Positions 18,342 to 28,338 of a stretch of DNA of 64,000 bases are shown one piece after another (positions within the stretch are counted from its first letter, which is position 1; every line of letters starts with the position of its first letter). The DNA is from Parcubacteria group bacterium Gr01-1014_8. Its GTDB lineage: Bacteria > Patescibacteriota > Minisyncoccia > Phycocordibacterales > UBA2100. The translations under genes were made by a program, and so were the position numbers. Under the pieces are notes generated by a model. The model saw only the letters and a list, made by a program, of their open reading frames with translations. It ran no database searches and was not told the origin of the DNA. The DNA is taken from assembly GCA_007376385.1 (NCBI GenBank), contig VMGC01000002.1:96001-160000 (forward strand), given 5' to 3'.

Positions 18342-19424
18342 ATGACTGCAAAAACCGAGACGAAACACACGACTCTCTACCGCGCGTACAGGCCGCGGAC
18401 TTTTGGGGAAACGCACGGGCAGGAGCATATCGTAAAAGTCTTAGAGGCGGAAATAAAACAGAAAAAACCTGCGCATGCGTATTTATTCGTCGGAAGCAGA
18501 GGGACGGGGAAGACAACATTTGCACGCATTCTTGCGCGAGAGCTTGGAGTAACAGATAAGGATTTGTACGAGATGGATGCCGCATCGCATACCGGGGTAG
18601 AAAACATCCGAGAACTTCGCGAAGGCGCAAACGTAATGCCCTTCGAATCGCCGTATAAGTTCTATATTATTGACGAAGCACACATGCTCTCGAAGGGCGC
18701 ATGGAATGCGTTTTTAAAAACGCTTGAAGAGCCGCCTCCTCACGTCATTTTCGTTCTTGCGACGACAGACCGGGACAAAGTCCCTGACACAATTCAATCG
18801 CGTTGCGAGATATATTCCTTCAAACAGCCGACCCGCGAAGTATTAGCCCAGGTCGTTTCAGATGTGGCGAAGAAAGAAGGGTACTCGCTCGAATCATCAG
18901 CATCTGAATTAGTGGCGCTTCTCGCAGAAGGTTCGTTTCGAGATGCGCTCTCGATATTGCAGAAAGTGTTGGCAGTCTCGAAAGACCCCAGTGAGACAGG
19001 AAAATTGTCTCACGGGGCAGGTAAGAAAGTTACAGTGGCGGAGGTTGAGGAGGTCTCAGGAGCTCCGCGAGGCGAACTCGTGCGCCGTCTCTTGAAGGGA
19101 TTGTCGGAGAAGAATGCAAAAGATTCGCTTTCGGCCATACAAGAAGCTGTTGATGAGAATCTGGACGCTCGCACGCTTGCAAAATTGTTGATACATCGAA
19201 TGCGCGTAGTGCTGCTACTTCGCTATGCACCTGATCTGGCGGGATCTTTTTCCAAAGAACTTACCGACGCTGATCTCGCGCTTGCTAAGGAAATCTCAAA
19301 AAATCCAGGCGTGACCTCTGAAACATTGCGAATGCTTCTTGAGGCGTACGGAGCAATGGCATACGCAGCGGTCCAACACTTACCACTTGAGCTCTCAGTC
19401 ATTGATATATGCGGCCGCGAATAA
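18342..19424 (+). CDS. dnaX: DNA polymerase III subunit gamma/tau (short form)
   Basis: YRAYRPRTFGETHGQEH...GSRGTGKTT...DEAHML; 361 aa from MTAKTE. Confidence 0.8.
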   Translation: MTAKTETKHTTLYRAYRPRTFGETHGQEHIVKVLEAEIKQKKPAHAYLFVGSRGTGKTTFARILARELGVTDKDLYEMDAASHTGVENIRELREGANVMPFESPYKFYIIDEAHMLSKGAWNAFLKTLEEPPPHVIFVLATTDRDKVPDTIQSRCEIYSFKQPTREVLAQVVSDVAKKEGYSLESSASELVALLAEGSFRDALSILQKVLAVSKDPSETGKLSHGAGKKVTVAEVEEVSGAPRGELVRRLLKGLSEKNAKDSLSAIQEAVDENLDARTLAKLLIHRMRVVLLLRYAPDLAGSFSKELTDADLALAKEISKNPGVTSETLRMLLEAYGAMAYAAVQHLPLELSVIDICGRE

Positions 19425-20194
19425 ATAAGAAACCGAAGAAAGCGAAAAAGGGAACGACGTGGGGCCACGTTGCGAATTGGTATCACGAACATGTCTCAGA
19501 GTCCGAAGATACCTATCATGAGCAAGTCATCAAGCCCGGGCTGCTGTCGGCTCTTGGCGGTCTGCGAGGTAAGCACGTGCTTGATGTAGCCTGCGGGCAA
19601 GGATTCTTTTCGCGCGCTCTTCAAAAAGAAGGAGCTCAGGTTACCGGAATTGATATAGCGCCGGAATTGATAGATATCGCGAAAAAGGCAGGTCCTGCTG
19701 ATATCGCATATGTTGTTGCGTCAGCAGATAGAATTCCTCTTTCAGATGTTACCTACGACATCGCCATCTGTGTGCTCGCGCTTCAAAATATCAAGAATCT
19801 TTCAGGAACGCTTGAACAAGTATCGAAGCTTTTGAAGAAGGGAGGCGTATTTGCGATAGTGTTGAATCATCCTGCCTTTCGCATCCCGCGGCGCTCTTCG
19901 TGGGGATATGATCCAGACATCAAAGTTCAGTTCCGCAGATTGGATGGGTACTTTTCGGAAAGTTCTCATATGATACAGATGCATCCCGGCTCTGATCCGA
20001 GTGCGACGACTCTTTCCTATCACCGCCCGCTTCAAACGTATGTGGCAGCGTTGGCAAAGCATGGTTTTTCCATCGTTGGTCTTGAAGAGTGGGTGTCGCA
20101 CCGCAAAAGCGAGAAAGGACCCCGCTCGGAAGCGGAAGATAGGTCTCGAAAAGAGTTTCCACTTTTCCTTATGTTGAAAGCGCGCAAAGACTGA
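19409..20194 (+). CDS. class I SAM-dependent methyltransferase
   Basis: VLDVACGQGFFSRAL...GIDIAPELI motif I. Confidence 0.75.
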   Translation: MRPRINKKPKKAKKGTTWGHVANWYHEHVSESEDTYHEQVIKPGLLSALGGLRGKHVLDVACGQGFFSRALQKEGAQVTGIDIAPELIDIAKKAGPADIAYVVASADRIPLSDVTYDIAICVLALQNIKNLSGTLEQVSKLLKKGGVFAIVLNHPAFRIPRRSSWGYDPDIKVQFRRLDGYFSESSHMIQMHPGSDPSATTLSYHRPLQTYVAALAKHGFSIVGLEEWVSHRKSEKGPRSEAEDRSRKEFPLFLMLKARKD

Positions 20195-20323
20195 TTGCTA
20201 AAAGGACAAAATATTCGTACCATCGAGTGCACTGCCGGACTAACCTCATGGTGGGATTGAAAAAAGAATTTGATTGCATATCACGCAGGGTCCGCAGGAA
20301 TCGTCGTTCTTTGCGCGCAGTGT

Positions 20324-20394
20324 TGCCGGATCGTCTAACGGTAGGACACTGCCCTTTGGAGGCAGGTATCTTGGTTCGATTCCAAGTCCGGCAA
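20324..20394 (+). tRNA. tRNA-Gln (anticodon TTG)
   Basis: Acceptor TGCCGGA/TCCGGCA (U1:A72 as in bacterial tRNA-Gln), anticodon loop CTTTGGA, T-arm CTTGG-TTCGATT-CCAAG; 71 nt. Confidence 0.8.
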
Positions 20395-20509
20395 CAATGT
20401 GCGCAAAGAGACGATAGGAGAGCCCTTTTGGAGAAATTCCGGCCGAAATTTTCTTGACACATACTGATCAGAGGTTACTCTTCGGTTATATCAGTTTACG
20501 AACATTTTT

Positions 20510-20935
20510 ATGTACAACCTCACCGTTACATCCGCGCTCCAGTTCAATGTGATCCTTGATAACGTCCCGGGGTCACTTGCGAAGATAGCAAAGGCCCTTG
20601 CCGGCGCTGGAGTCAATATAGAATCAGTAAGTCACACAGCCGAGGGAACTGGCGGAAAGGCAACACTACGGTTGGTTGCAGACGATCAAGCGGCGGCAAA
20701 GCAAGCTCTAACGAGTGCCGGTAATTCATTCACGGAAGAAGATATTCTTCTCATTACATGCCCGCAAAACAAACCAGGAACTCTTGCGGCTATCGCACAA
20801 GCTTTTGGTGATGCTGGGATCAATCTCGAGGATGTCTACTATTCTTCTTCGGCAACGCAGGCGAACACAGTCGTCTGTGTTCAGGTCAGCAAGGAAGATC
20901 TTGCAAAGGCGGGCGAGATTGCGAAGAGTCTCTAA
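20510..20935 (+). CDS. tandem ACT-domain protein
   Basis: Two repeats of the VILDNVPGSLAKIAKALAGAGVNIE-type ACT pattern. Confidence 0.6.
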   Translation: MYNLTVTSALQFNVILDNVPGSLAKIAKALAGAGVNIESVSHTAEGTGGKATLRLVADDQAAAKQALTSAGNSFTEEDILLITCPQNKPGTLAAIAQAFGDAGINLEDVYYSSSATQANTVVCVQVSKEDLAKAGEIAKSL

Positions 20936-20958
20936 AGAGACTGTGTTACACTGGGCGC

Positions 20959-21354
20959 ATGAAAGGATACGTTGCAAATATCGAAAAGGCTGCTCTTGAG
21001 AACGAATCGTTTCGGAAGGTGCTCTATACTGCAAAAAATTGCCAGCTTGTCGTGATGAGCTTGCGGCCGGGAGAGGATATAGGCGAGGAGGTTCATCAGC
21101 TTGACCAGTTTCTGCGGATCGAGTCTGGCGAAGGGAAGACAATTCTGGACGGTGTCGAGTACGACATTGCGGATGGCTCGGCGGCGGTTGTGCCTGCGGG
21201 AACAAAACACAACATACTGAACACATCCACTAACAAGAAGATGAAGATCTATTCGATCTATGCGCCGCCAAATCATCGCCGCGATGTTGTGCACGAGACG
21301 AAGCAACAGGCGGAGGAAGACGATGAACACTTTGACGGAATAACTACAGAATGA
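20959..21354 (+). CDS. cupin-domain protein
   Basis: Cupin two-motif pattern (G..EEVHQLDQF...AAVVPAGTKHNILN). Confidence 0.6.
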   Translation: MKGYVANIEKAALENESFRKVLYTAKNCQLVVMSLRPGEDIGEEVHQLDQFLRIESGEGKTILDGVEYDIADGSAAVVPAGTKHNILNTSTNKKMKIYSIYAPPNHRRDVVHETKQQAEEDDEHFDGITTE

Positions 21355-21358
21355 AGGT

Positions 21359-21607
21359 ATGTTGCCTATTTTGGTTCCTCGGCTCGGAATTGAAAATGAA
21401 TACACTTTCACTTCACTCGCAACGCTCGCCAATAAATATATGGAAAAGATAAAAATTGAACATCACACACTATCAGGAGGTCTCTGGATAGGGGCGTGGC
21501 TGTTCACGATCGGTTTTTTGCACCTAACATTTTGGAAAGGTGTTCTCGCCGTCGTGATATGGCCGTACTACCTCGGTGTTGCATTCGGCGGCTGGGTCCA
21601 CATATGA
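21359..21607 (+). CDS. small hypothetical membrane protein
   Basis: 82 aa with two hydrophobic segments; overlaps the start of the nirK-like ORF. Confidence 0.3.
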   Translation: MLPILVPRLGIENEYTFTSLATLANKYMEKIKIEHHTLSGGLWIGAWLFTIGFLHLTFWKGVLAVVIWPYYLGVAFGGWVHI

Positions 21608-22871
21608 AGTATTTGAGACAGTGCATTATTCTATGAGTCAAATAATTCAAGCGTGGTCGCTCATTTATTCCCTGATAATTCAGGGTTTTGGGCTTGTGCT
21701 CGCGGGAATCGCCGCCGTCATCTTTTTATACGTTGTATTGCGCAAGCATCATTCATTTCGAGATACCATGCTCCTTGGTATCTTTTTTGCTGGAGCGATG
21801 CTTTTCTTTTGGTTTCCGATAGGAGTTCCGAAAAATCTTACGTATCCGTTCGGCTTGACCACGTATGGTCCTGCAGAAGGTCCTTCGCTGCCCTTAAAGA
21901 ATGTTTTTACATTTTTTTGGCATTTAGACTCATTTGAACGCGTTTCTGATATCGCTCGTTCACCGCTTGATGTGCCGCCGCCAACCGGCAGAACCGAAGC
22001 ATCGGACGTTTCCATCGAACTCACAACAAAAGAAGTACTCTCAGAGATTGCGCCCGGTGTTTTGGTTAACTATTGGACGTTCGACGGGACTGTGCCAGGG
22101 CCAATGCTTCGCGTACGAGAGGGGGATACTGTCTCGCTTACCCTTCATAACGACCAGTCGAGCTTGCATATGCATAGCATAGACTTACATGCGGTAACGG
22201 GCCCGGGAGGAGGCGCGACGGTGACCGATGTGATGCCGGGGGAAAGTAAGACGATGCGGTTCAAGGCTTTGAATCCCGGGCTTTATATTTATCACTGCGC
22301 CCACCCGAATGTGGCAAACCACATGTCGCACGGCATGTACGGACTTATTTTGGTTGAGCCAAAAGACGGATTACCGCAGGTGGATAAAGAGCTGTATGTT
22401 GTGCAGGGGGAGTTCTATACCGCGGCAGAGCGGGGAACCAAGGGCCTTCAGGCCATGGATGCGGGAAAGTTGCTCGACGGTATTCCTGAGTACATCGTTT
22501 TCAACGGACGAACGGGAGCGATCTCAAAAGACCGCGTTGTTGTGACCCAGGGCGAAAAAGTGCGAATGTATGTAGGAAATGGCGGCGTAAATCTCGTGTC
22601 ATCATTCCATCTCATAGGCGAGATATTTGATACGGTCTATCCAGAAGCCGCAATGGGGAGTGAGCCGCACAAGAATGTGCAAAGCACGATTGTTCCGGCT
22701 GGCGGGGCAACCATTGTCGAATTTACGGCAGATGTGCCGGGCACGTATGTGTTAGTTGACCATGCGCTTGCACGATTGGATAAAGGTGCATGGGGCACGT
22801 TATCTATCGTCGGCGATGCGCGTCCAGATATATTTTTCGGGACGCCGAGCGACCATCCTTCTGGACACTAG
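21576..22871 (+). CDS. nirK: copper-containing nitrite reductase (NirK-type multicopper oxidase) with N-terminal transmembrane segment
   Basis: HMHSIDLHAVTGPGGGA (type-2 Cu His pair) and YIYHCAHPNVANHMSHGMYG (type-1 Cu C/H/M); two cupredoxin domains; 3 TM helices N-terminally. Confidence 0.75.
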   Translation: MLHSAAGSTYEVFETVHYSMSQIIQAWSLIYSLIIQGFGLVLAGIAAVIFLYVVLRKHHSFRDTMLLGIFFAGAMLFFWFPIGVPKNLTYPFGLTTYGPAEGPSLPLKNVFTFFWHLDSFERVSDIARSPLDVPPPTGRTEASDVSIELTTKEVLSEIAPGVLVNYWTFDGTVPGPMLRVREGDTVSLTLHNDQSSLHMHSIDLHAVTGPGGGATVTDVMPGESKTMRFKALNPGLYIYHCAHPNVANHMSHGMYGLILVEPKDGLPQVDKELYVVQGEFYTAAERGTKGLQAMDAGKLLDGIPEYIVFNGRTGAISKDRVVVTQGEKVRMYVGNGGVNLVSSFHLIGEIFDTVYPEAAMGSEPHKNVQSTIVPAGGATIVEFTADVPGTYVLVDHALARLDKGAWGTLSIVGDARPDIFFGTPSDHPSGH

Positions 22872-23422
22872 AGTATTATCTCTGTATTTGGGAGTTTAGG
22901 ACGGATGACCTCGAGATCTTGAGTAGAGATGTTATTTCCCGACAGGTCAAGTTTTTGTAAATTACGCAGGTTTCCAAGCTCATGCGGGATGCCTGTCAGT
23001 TGATTGTTCGATGCGTCCAGAACGCGCAATTTTGAAAGCTGGCCAAGCTCCGCAGGAAGTCCGGTCATTTTATTGTTGCTAATATCCAATACTTCGAGAT
23101 CTTGCAGATGGCGTATCTCTGCGGGGAGCGCCCCCTCGAGTTGATTATGTGATAGATCTAACTGTGTAAGGTACGTGAGTTCAAGGATCTCTTTTGGAAT
23201 GCTCGTAAGCCCCTCATCCGCGCGGTTCAATGTTCGCTGCATGGAAACATCCTCCGCCTTTTTGATAACAGAAGGAATGTCTACGCCAACTTTTTGTCCA
23301 GTTGTTCCGTAGTAATATGCACTCGCAGCAACGATGATGAGAACAAACACCAAAAGAAGTATTCGCATGCGCTCACTGTACTCCGATCGAGCGTTTCCGC
23401 AAGAAACCGGGAAAAGACGCAT
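22868..23422 (-). CDS. leucine-rich-repeat protein with N-terminal membrane anchor
   Basis: Repeats LxxLxxLDLSxNQLxGxxP (LTQLDLSHNQLEGALP, LEVLDISNNKMTGLP, LRVLDASNNQLTGIP, LQKLDLSGNNIS). Confidence 0.7.
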   Translation of the reverse strand: MRLFPVSCGNARSEYSERMRILLLVFVLIIVAASAYYYGTTGQKVGVDIPSVIKKAEDVSMQRTLNRADEGLTSIPKEILELTYLTQLDLSHNQLEGALPAEIRHLQDLEVLDISNNKMTGLPAELGQLSKLRVLDASNNQLTGIPHELGNLRNLQKLDLSGNNISTQDLEVIRPKLPNTEIIL

Positions 23423-23436
23423 GATATTCTTACCGA

Positions 23437-24004
23437 CGTGAAAGAAACAGTAGCAGTCATAGCGTCACTCCTTGCTATTGCGGGGAACATTCCGTATGTA
23501 CGGGATGTTGTTACTCGGCGCGTTGAACCTCATGCGTACACGTGGTTCGTTTGGTCCATAGTTTCCGGAGTGGTTTTTTTCGGTCAGCTCGCAAAAGGAG
23601 CGGGCGTCGGCGCGCTTCCTACGGCAGCATCGGAGATATTCACACTCATCATTTTTATGTTCTCGCTGAAATACGGCTTCAAGCACATTACACGGACAGA
23701 CACATTTTTTCTCGTTGCGGCGCTTCTTGGTCTCATACCGTGGGTACTGACAAAGGACCCGACGATTTCCGTTATCGTTGCTGTTTCAATTGATGTGATC
23801 GCGTTCATGCCGACCCTGCGAAAAACATGGGAAAAGCCGGACACAGAAACACCTATCCTGTACGGCGCGAACGTTATACGCCACATACTCGCTCTCTTTT
23901 CTATGCAAGCCTACAACATAGCGACGACATTGCATTCGATCGCAATGATCATAATGAACGCAATGATGACGTTGGTCGTTGTCGGATATAGAAAAAAGAA
24001 TTAA
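23437..24004 (+). CDS. hypothetical multi-pass membrane protein
   Basis: 5-6 hydrophobic helices; probable GTG start at 23437 to avoid overlapping the LRR gene. Confidence 0.5.
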
Positions 24005-24015
24005 TAACGACGGAA

Positions 24016-24435
24016 ATGAACAGTGCAATAGCAAATAGGATGAAGCAGGTGTCGTTACACGGACGTGCGCTTGCCCTGATCGCAGTTCTGTTTTTTCTTA
24101 TTCATACATGGGCCTACGTGAATGAGGTGTATCACAATGTCCCGCGTGTCGATGTCCCCATACACATACTGTTCGGCGTATGGCTCGCGCTCTTGCTTCT
24201 CCATCCTATATTTCGAGAACGCCGCCTTACGTTGCCTGCAATTTTTGGAGCAGTCATGGTCGTAGGAGTAGGATGGGAATTCCTGGAATATATTTACGAT
24301 ACCGTTCTTACGATCCCTCGAGGACTCCCAACTGCGCAACATGGTGTCGCAGAGACAATACGGGACCTGCTCTGCAATGGCACTGGAGCAGCCGTGACCC
24401 TAACGTTTTTTCGATCTAAGAAATATTTCTGGTAG
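24016..24435 (+). CDS. hypothetical membrane protein
   Basis: 139 aa with 3-4 predicted TM helices. Confidence 0.45.
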   Translation: MNSAIANRMKQVSLHGRALALIAVLFFLIHTWAYVNEVYHNVPRVDVPIHILFGVWLALLLLHPIFRERRLTLPAIFGAVMVVGVGWEFLEYIYDTVLTIPRGLPTAQHGVAETIRDLLCNGTGAAVTLTFFRSKKYFW

Positions 24436-24444
24436 AATCGCGAA

Positions 24445-24990
24445 ATGGATCTGCCTGGTCGCGAAGAAGCACAAACGCTTCTTGAAAAACATGTTCAAGA
24501 TGAGTACCAGCGCTATCATGCGTTGATGGTAGGTACGGCGATGGCGGGGTATGCAAGATTGCTCGAAGAAGATGAAGACCTCTGGTTTTTAACAGGATAC
24601 TTTCACGACATTGATTTTGATGAACATCCCGATAAACATCCGGGAGAATCATTGAAATGGTTCAAAGAGTGGGGTTATCCGGAGGAATTGATCCATGCGG
24701 TAGAGGCGCATGCATACGGGTACAACGGATTTACAACGCTGCCGAAAACAAAACTCGCGGCCGCCCTCATCGCATGCGACGAAATAAGTGGCATTTTTTA
24801 CGCATACCGAAAATTGAATCCCATACCCTTTGCACAGATGAAAGCAAGTTCGATAAAGAAGCGTCTCAATGAAAAAGCTTTCGCCGCTAACATAGACAGG
24901 GAAACGATCTATAGCGGCTGCAAAGCACTCGGGGTTTCTGTGGACGATCATGTGTTGAATTTGATACATTTTTTCTCGACGCTGCCTTAA
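24445..24990 (+). CDS. HD-domain phosphohydrolase
   Basis: H..(x)..YFHDIDFDEH..D pattern; 181 aa. Confidence 0.65.
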   Translation: MDLPGREEAQTLLEKHVQDEYQRYHALMVGTAMAGYARLLEEDEDLWFLTGYFHDIDFDEHPDKHPGESLKWFKEWGYPEELIHAVEAHAYGYNGFTTLPKTKLAAALIACDEISGIFYAYRKLNPIPFAQMKASSIKKRLNEKAFAANIDRETIYSGCKALGVSVDDHVLNLIHFFSTLP

Positions 24991-25059
24991 AGGTCAGTTC
25001 TGATTTTTTAGTCTGGCGTGGTATTGTGCATTTGCAACATTCGTGTTGTATGTGATCCT

Positions 25060-26304
25060 ATGGACAAATTTAGGGCTCAATTACGGCTTACCCGAGACGC
25101 GGCGCAGATACTTGCCACCCTCCCCATTTCAACGAGAAGGGGGATCTTGCGCACGCTCGCATCCCGTCTCAAATACAAAAAAAAGGACCTCTTGAGAGCG
25201 AATAAACGAGACATCGAAAAAGCGAAAAAACGCGGGAGAAACAATGCGTTCATAGATAGGCTTACGCTCACGGACAAAAGGTTTAATTCCATGCTTGTAC
25301 AGGTGAAAAATATTGCACGTTCACGTGATGTTTTGCACAGAGTTATCGAAAGCAGGCGGCTTCCTCAGGGAATGATATTGAAGAAAATAAGTGTCCCCCT
25401 GGGCGTCATCGGTATTATTTACGAATCACGGCCGAACGTGACCATTGATGTAGCTGCTCTTTGCATCATGTCCGGGAACGCGGCGGTCTTAAAGGGCGGT
25501 TCCGATGCACTGAACACAAACAGACTCTTGTCTCGATGCGTGCAGTATTCGCTGAAGCGGCGCGGAGCGCCACAGGCAGCGGTGAATTTCCTCGACACAA
25601 AAGACCGGAGCGTTGTTGAGGCGCTGGTGAAGGAAAACGAATACATAGATGTCGTTATTCCGCGCGGAGGGTATGAACTCGTGCGAAAGATCGTGCGGCA
25701 GTCGCGGATCCCCATCCTCTATCATGCGGAGGGAGGAGCGCGAATTTACGTCGACAAGCATGCGGACCTTAGAAAAGCCATTCAAATTTGCATTAATGCT
25801 AAAACAGATCATCCGGCGACCTGCAATTCGGTGGATACGGTATTGGTCCACGGGAAGATCGCGCGACGATTTATTCCGGAAATGGTACGCGTATTCAAAA
25901 GCGAGGGTGTGGAGGTTCGGGGCGACCCGGAATCAAAGCGATTTGCAAAGATACATAGCGCGAATGCGTCGGATTACAGTGCAGAGTTTCTCGACAGGAT
26001 TGTTGTGTTGAAAGTCGTGAAGAGTACGGAGGAAGCAATTGCCTTCATACGAAGGTTCAGTAAGAAACACACAGAGGGTATCGTGTCGCGTAACAAAAAA
26101 ACGGTTGCAGCATTCGTGAATTCGATCGATGCTGCAGGAATATTTGTCAATTGCTCGACGAGACTTCACGATGGAGGGATATTCGGCCTGGGGGCCGAGA
26201 TGGGCATTGCAACAGGCAAATTACATGCCCGCGGCCCAGTGGGTTTGAAGGAGCTCGCAACGTATAAATGGGTCATGTATGGAAGCGGCCAGATACGAAA
26301 TTAA
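25060..26304 (+). CDS. proA: gamma-glutamyl phosphate reductase
   Basis: ESRPNVTIDVAALCIMSGNAAVLKGGSDA... aldehyde-dehydrogenase-fold ProA. Confidence 0.9.
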   Translation: MDKFRAQLRLTRDAAQILATLPISTRRGILRTLASRLKYKKKDLLRANKRDIEKAKKRGRNNAFIDRLTLTDKRFNSMLVQVKNIARSRDVLHRVIESRRLPQGMILKKISVPLGVIGIIYESRPNVTIDVAALCIMSGNAAVLKGGSDALNTNRLLSRCVQYSLKRRGAPQAAVNFLDTKDRSVVEALVKENEYIDVVIPRGGYELVRKIVRQSRIPILYHAEGGARIYVDKHADLRKAIQICINAKTDHPATCNSVDTVLVHGKIARRFIPEMVRVFKSEGVEVRGDPESKRFAKIHSANASDYSAEFLDRIVVLKVVKSTEEAIAFIRRFSKKHTEGIVSRNKKTVAAFVNSIDAAGIFVNCSTRLHDGGIFGLGAEMGIATGKLHARGPVGLKELATYKWVMYGSGQIRN

Positions 26305-27121
26305 TGTGAAAAAAATAGTAATAATCGGCGGCGGGAACATCGGAAAAGCCTTGGCTCTCGGCATAGTGGGCTCTAAAATAGTATTACGACGGAATTTGGT
26401 TGTCTGCGATCACGGAAGCAGGAATCGCGCGCGGCTGGTAGCTCGGGGTATCAGCGTTGCAACGGAAGCTCGCGATGCCGCCGTTCAAGCCGACGTCGTG
26501 ATAGTGGCAGTAAAACCGAAGGATATGCGTACTGTGCTGAAGCGAATTGGCGATGTGCTTCATGAGCGAACCGTATTGATATCTGTCGCAGCAGGCGTTG
26601 CCGTGCGAGATCTGGAACGATTCTTTCCCCGCAAACGATCCGTGATACGAGTCATGCCGAATATCTGTGCTTCGATAGGAGAATCTATGTCTGTGTGGGT
26701 AAAGAACAGACATGCGAGCGCGGCTCATGTTCGTCTTGTAAAAAGAATACTCTCGTCAATAGGTGCAGAGCTTCAGGTGCATTCTGACAACGATATTGAC
26801 AGGGCAACGGCGATCTCCGGAAGCGGACCAGCCTATCTGTTCTATCTTGCAGAGCTTCTGATATTTGAGGCAAAGAGGCTTGGGTTCTCGAAAGTCGATT
26901 CGAATATGATGGTCAGGCAAACTCTTTTCGGGAGCGGAGCAATGATCAAGGACCTAAAAAGAGAGCCGACTGATCTCCGAACATCAGTAACTTCTCCTGG
27001 CGGCACGACAGCAACCGCCCTTCGCGAGTTCAAGAGAGCGAACCTGAAAAAGATGATACATACTGCTATCAAGGCTGCGGCTAAGCGTGCTGGAGAATTA
27101 GCTGCGATAAACAGAAAGTAA
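26279..27121 (+). CDS. proC: pyrroline-5-carboxylate reductase
   Basis: IVIIGGGNIG...VMPNICASIGESMS...SGSGPAYLFYLAE. Possible GTG start at 26306, just after the proA stop. Confidence 0.85.
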   Translation: MEAARYEINVKKIVIIGGGNIGKALALGIVGSKIVLRRNLVVCDHGSRNRARLVARGISVATEARDAAVQADVVIVAVKPKDMRTVLKRIGDVLHERTVLISVAAGVAVRDLERFFPRKRSVIRVMPNICASIGESMSVWVKNRHASAAHVRLVKRILSSIGAELQVHSDNDIDRATAISGSGPAYLFYLAELLIFEAKRLGFSKVDSNMMVRQTLFGSGAMIKDLKREPTDLRTSVTSPGGTTATALREFKRANLKKMIHTAIKAAAKRAGELAAINRK

Positions 27122-27124
27122 ACC

Positions 27125-27883
27125 ATGTACAAAAGGATAATCGTGAAAGTGGGCACGGGAGTCGTCTCAAAAGAAAGCGGAGAGCTCGATCTGAATATAT
27201 TCAGGCATCTGGTAGAGCAAGTCGTGGCGCTTCGCAATAAAGGGATGGAAGTTGTCATTGTCACTTCGGGAGCAGTCGGGGCCGGAAAAAGCGTCCTCAC
27301 CCCGAAAGGAATAAATTCAGAGGTTATCCGAAAGCAGGTTTTAGCTGCTGTCGGCCAAGCGAAACTTATGAACATATACGCTGACCTCTTTTCAAAACAT
27401 GGATATCTCTGTGCGCAGGTTCTAACCACAAAGCAGGATTTTCGCGATGAAGAACACTATGCAAATATGAAGAATTGCTTCAAAGCACTTCTCATGGACA
27501 GCGTCGTTCCAATAGTGAATGAAAACGATGTTGTGGCGACGACCGAGCTCATGTTCACCGATAACGATGAACTTGCCGGCCTCGTAGCGACGCAACTTGA
27601 AGCCGACCTGTTCGTGATACTTACGACCTCTGACGGAATTCTCGATAGCGACAAAAAGACCATCCCAGAAATAAATCTTTCCAATAGCGCGAGTGTTTCA
27701 GGGCATATTACGGGAGAGATATCAGCGTTTGGACGAGGGGGAATGCGTTCAAAATTCACTATTGCAAAGCAACTCGCAAAGAATGGAATTGCCGTGTATA
27801 TAACGAACGGAAAAAAGAAAAATGCTTTGATACATAGTATTGATGGGAAGGCAGGCGGCACATATTTTGCGCCGGTGACATAG
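27125..27883 (+). CDS. proB: glutamate 5-kinase (no PUA domain)
   Basis: IIVKVGTGVVS...VIVTSGAVGAG amino-acid-kinase family; 252 aa. Confidence 0.9.
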   Translation: MYKRIIVKVGTGVVSKESGELDLNIFRHLVEQVVALRNKGMEVVIVTSGAVGAGKSVLTPKGINSEVIRKQVLAAVGQAKLMNIYADLFSKHGYLCAQVLTTKQDFRDEEHYANMKNCFKALLMDSVVPIVNENDVVATTELMFTDNDELAGLVATQLEADLFVILTTSDGILDSDKKTIPEINLSNSASVSGHITGEISAFGRGGMRSKFTIAKQLAKNGIAVYITNGKKKNALIHSIDGKAGGTYFAPVT

Positions 27884-27909
27884 GGGAGGGGTCGTTCTTC
27901 AATAATTGA

Positions 27910-28263
27910 ATGTGCGAGGTTGCGCCTGTCTCTTGTCAGGGTAAGGGGGTGTCGTATAGTGAACGCATGACGAAGAACCCTTATATCAACGCTTCGCTCG
28001 CCGCCGCGTATATCGCCCTCGTTGCGACAGTGATGACCGTCGGCGAGAAGTTTGGCCCTGATGGGTCTATCTTGGTGCCGATGGCTGTTCTTTCTCTGTT
28101 TGTACTTTCCGCCTGTGTCATGGGATTCATTTTCTTCTTTGAACCGGTTCAAATGTATCTTGATGGCGCAAAGAAAGAAGCCATTTCTCTCGCATATAAG
28201 ACTATTGGCACTTTTGCGGTCATTACGGCATTATTTTTTGCGACATTACTTTTTGTCGCCTGA
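27910..28263 (+). CDS. hypothetical membrane protein
   Basis: Three hydrophobic helices. Confidence 0.4.
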   Translation: MCEVAPVSCQGKGVSYSERMTKNPYINASLAAAYIALVATVMTVGEKFGPDGSILVPMAVLSLFVLSACVMGFIFFFEPVQMYLDGAKKEAISLAYKTIGTFAVITALFFATLLFVA

Positions 28264-28338
28264 TCTTGCCCGATGTTGGAATGGCCAGTTGACGCATCGG
28301 TGCTATGATTGTCTGAGTATTATTTAATTCATTGGAAT

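Noticed and set aside
20195-20323. tRNA-like fragment upstream of tRNA-Gln (CACTGCCGGACTAACC shares TGCCGGA and CTAAC with the tRNA 5' end)
   Set aside because: It cannot be folded into a cloverleaf, so it is at most a decayed partial duplication. Too weak to call.
20227-20457. 76-aa ORF MHCRTNLMVGL... in the track
   Set aside because: It completely overlaps a well-folding tRNA-Gln(TTG) gene (20324-20394) and has no coding features; spurious.
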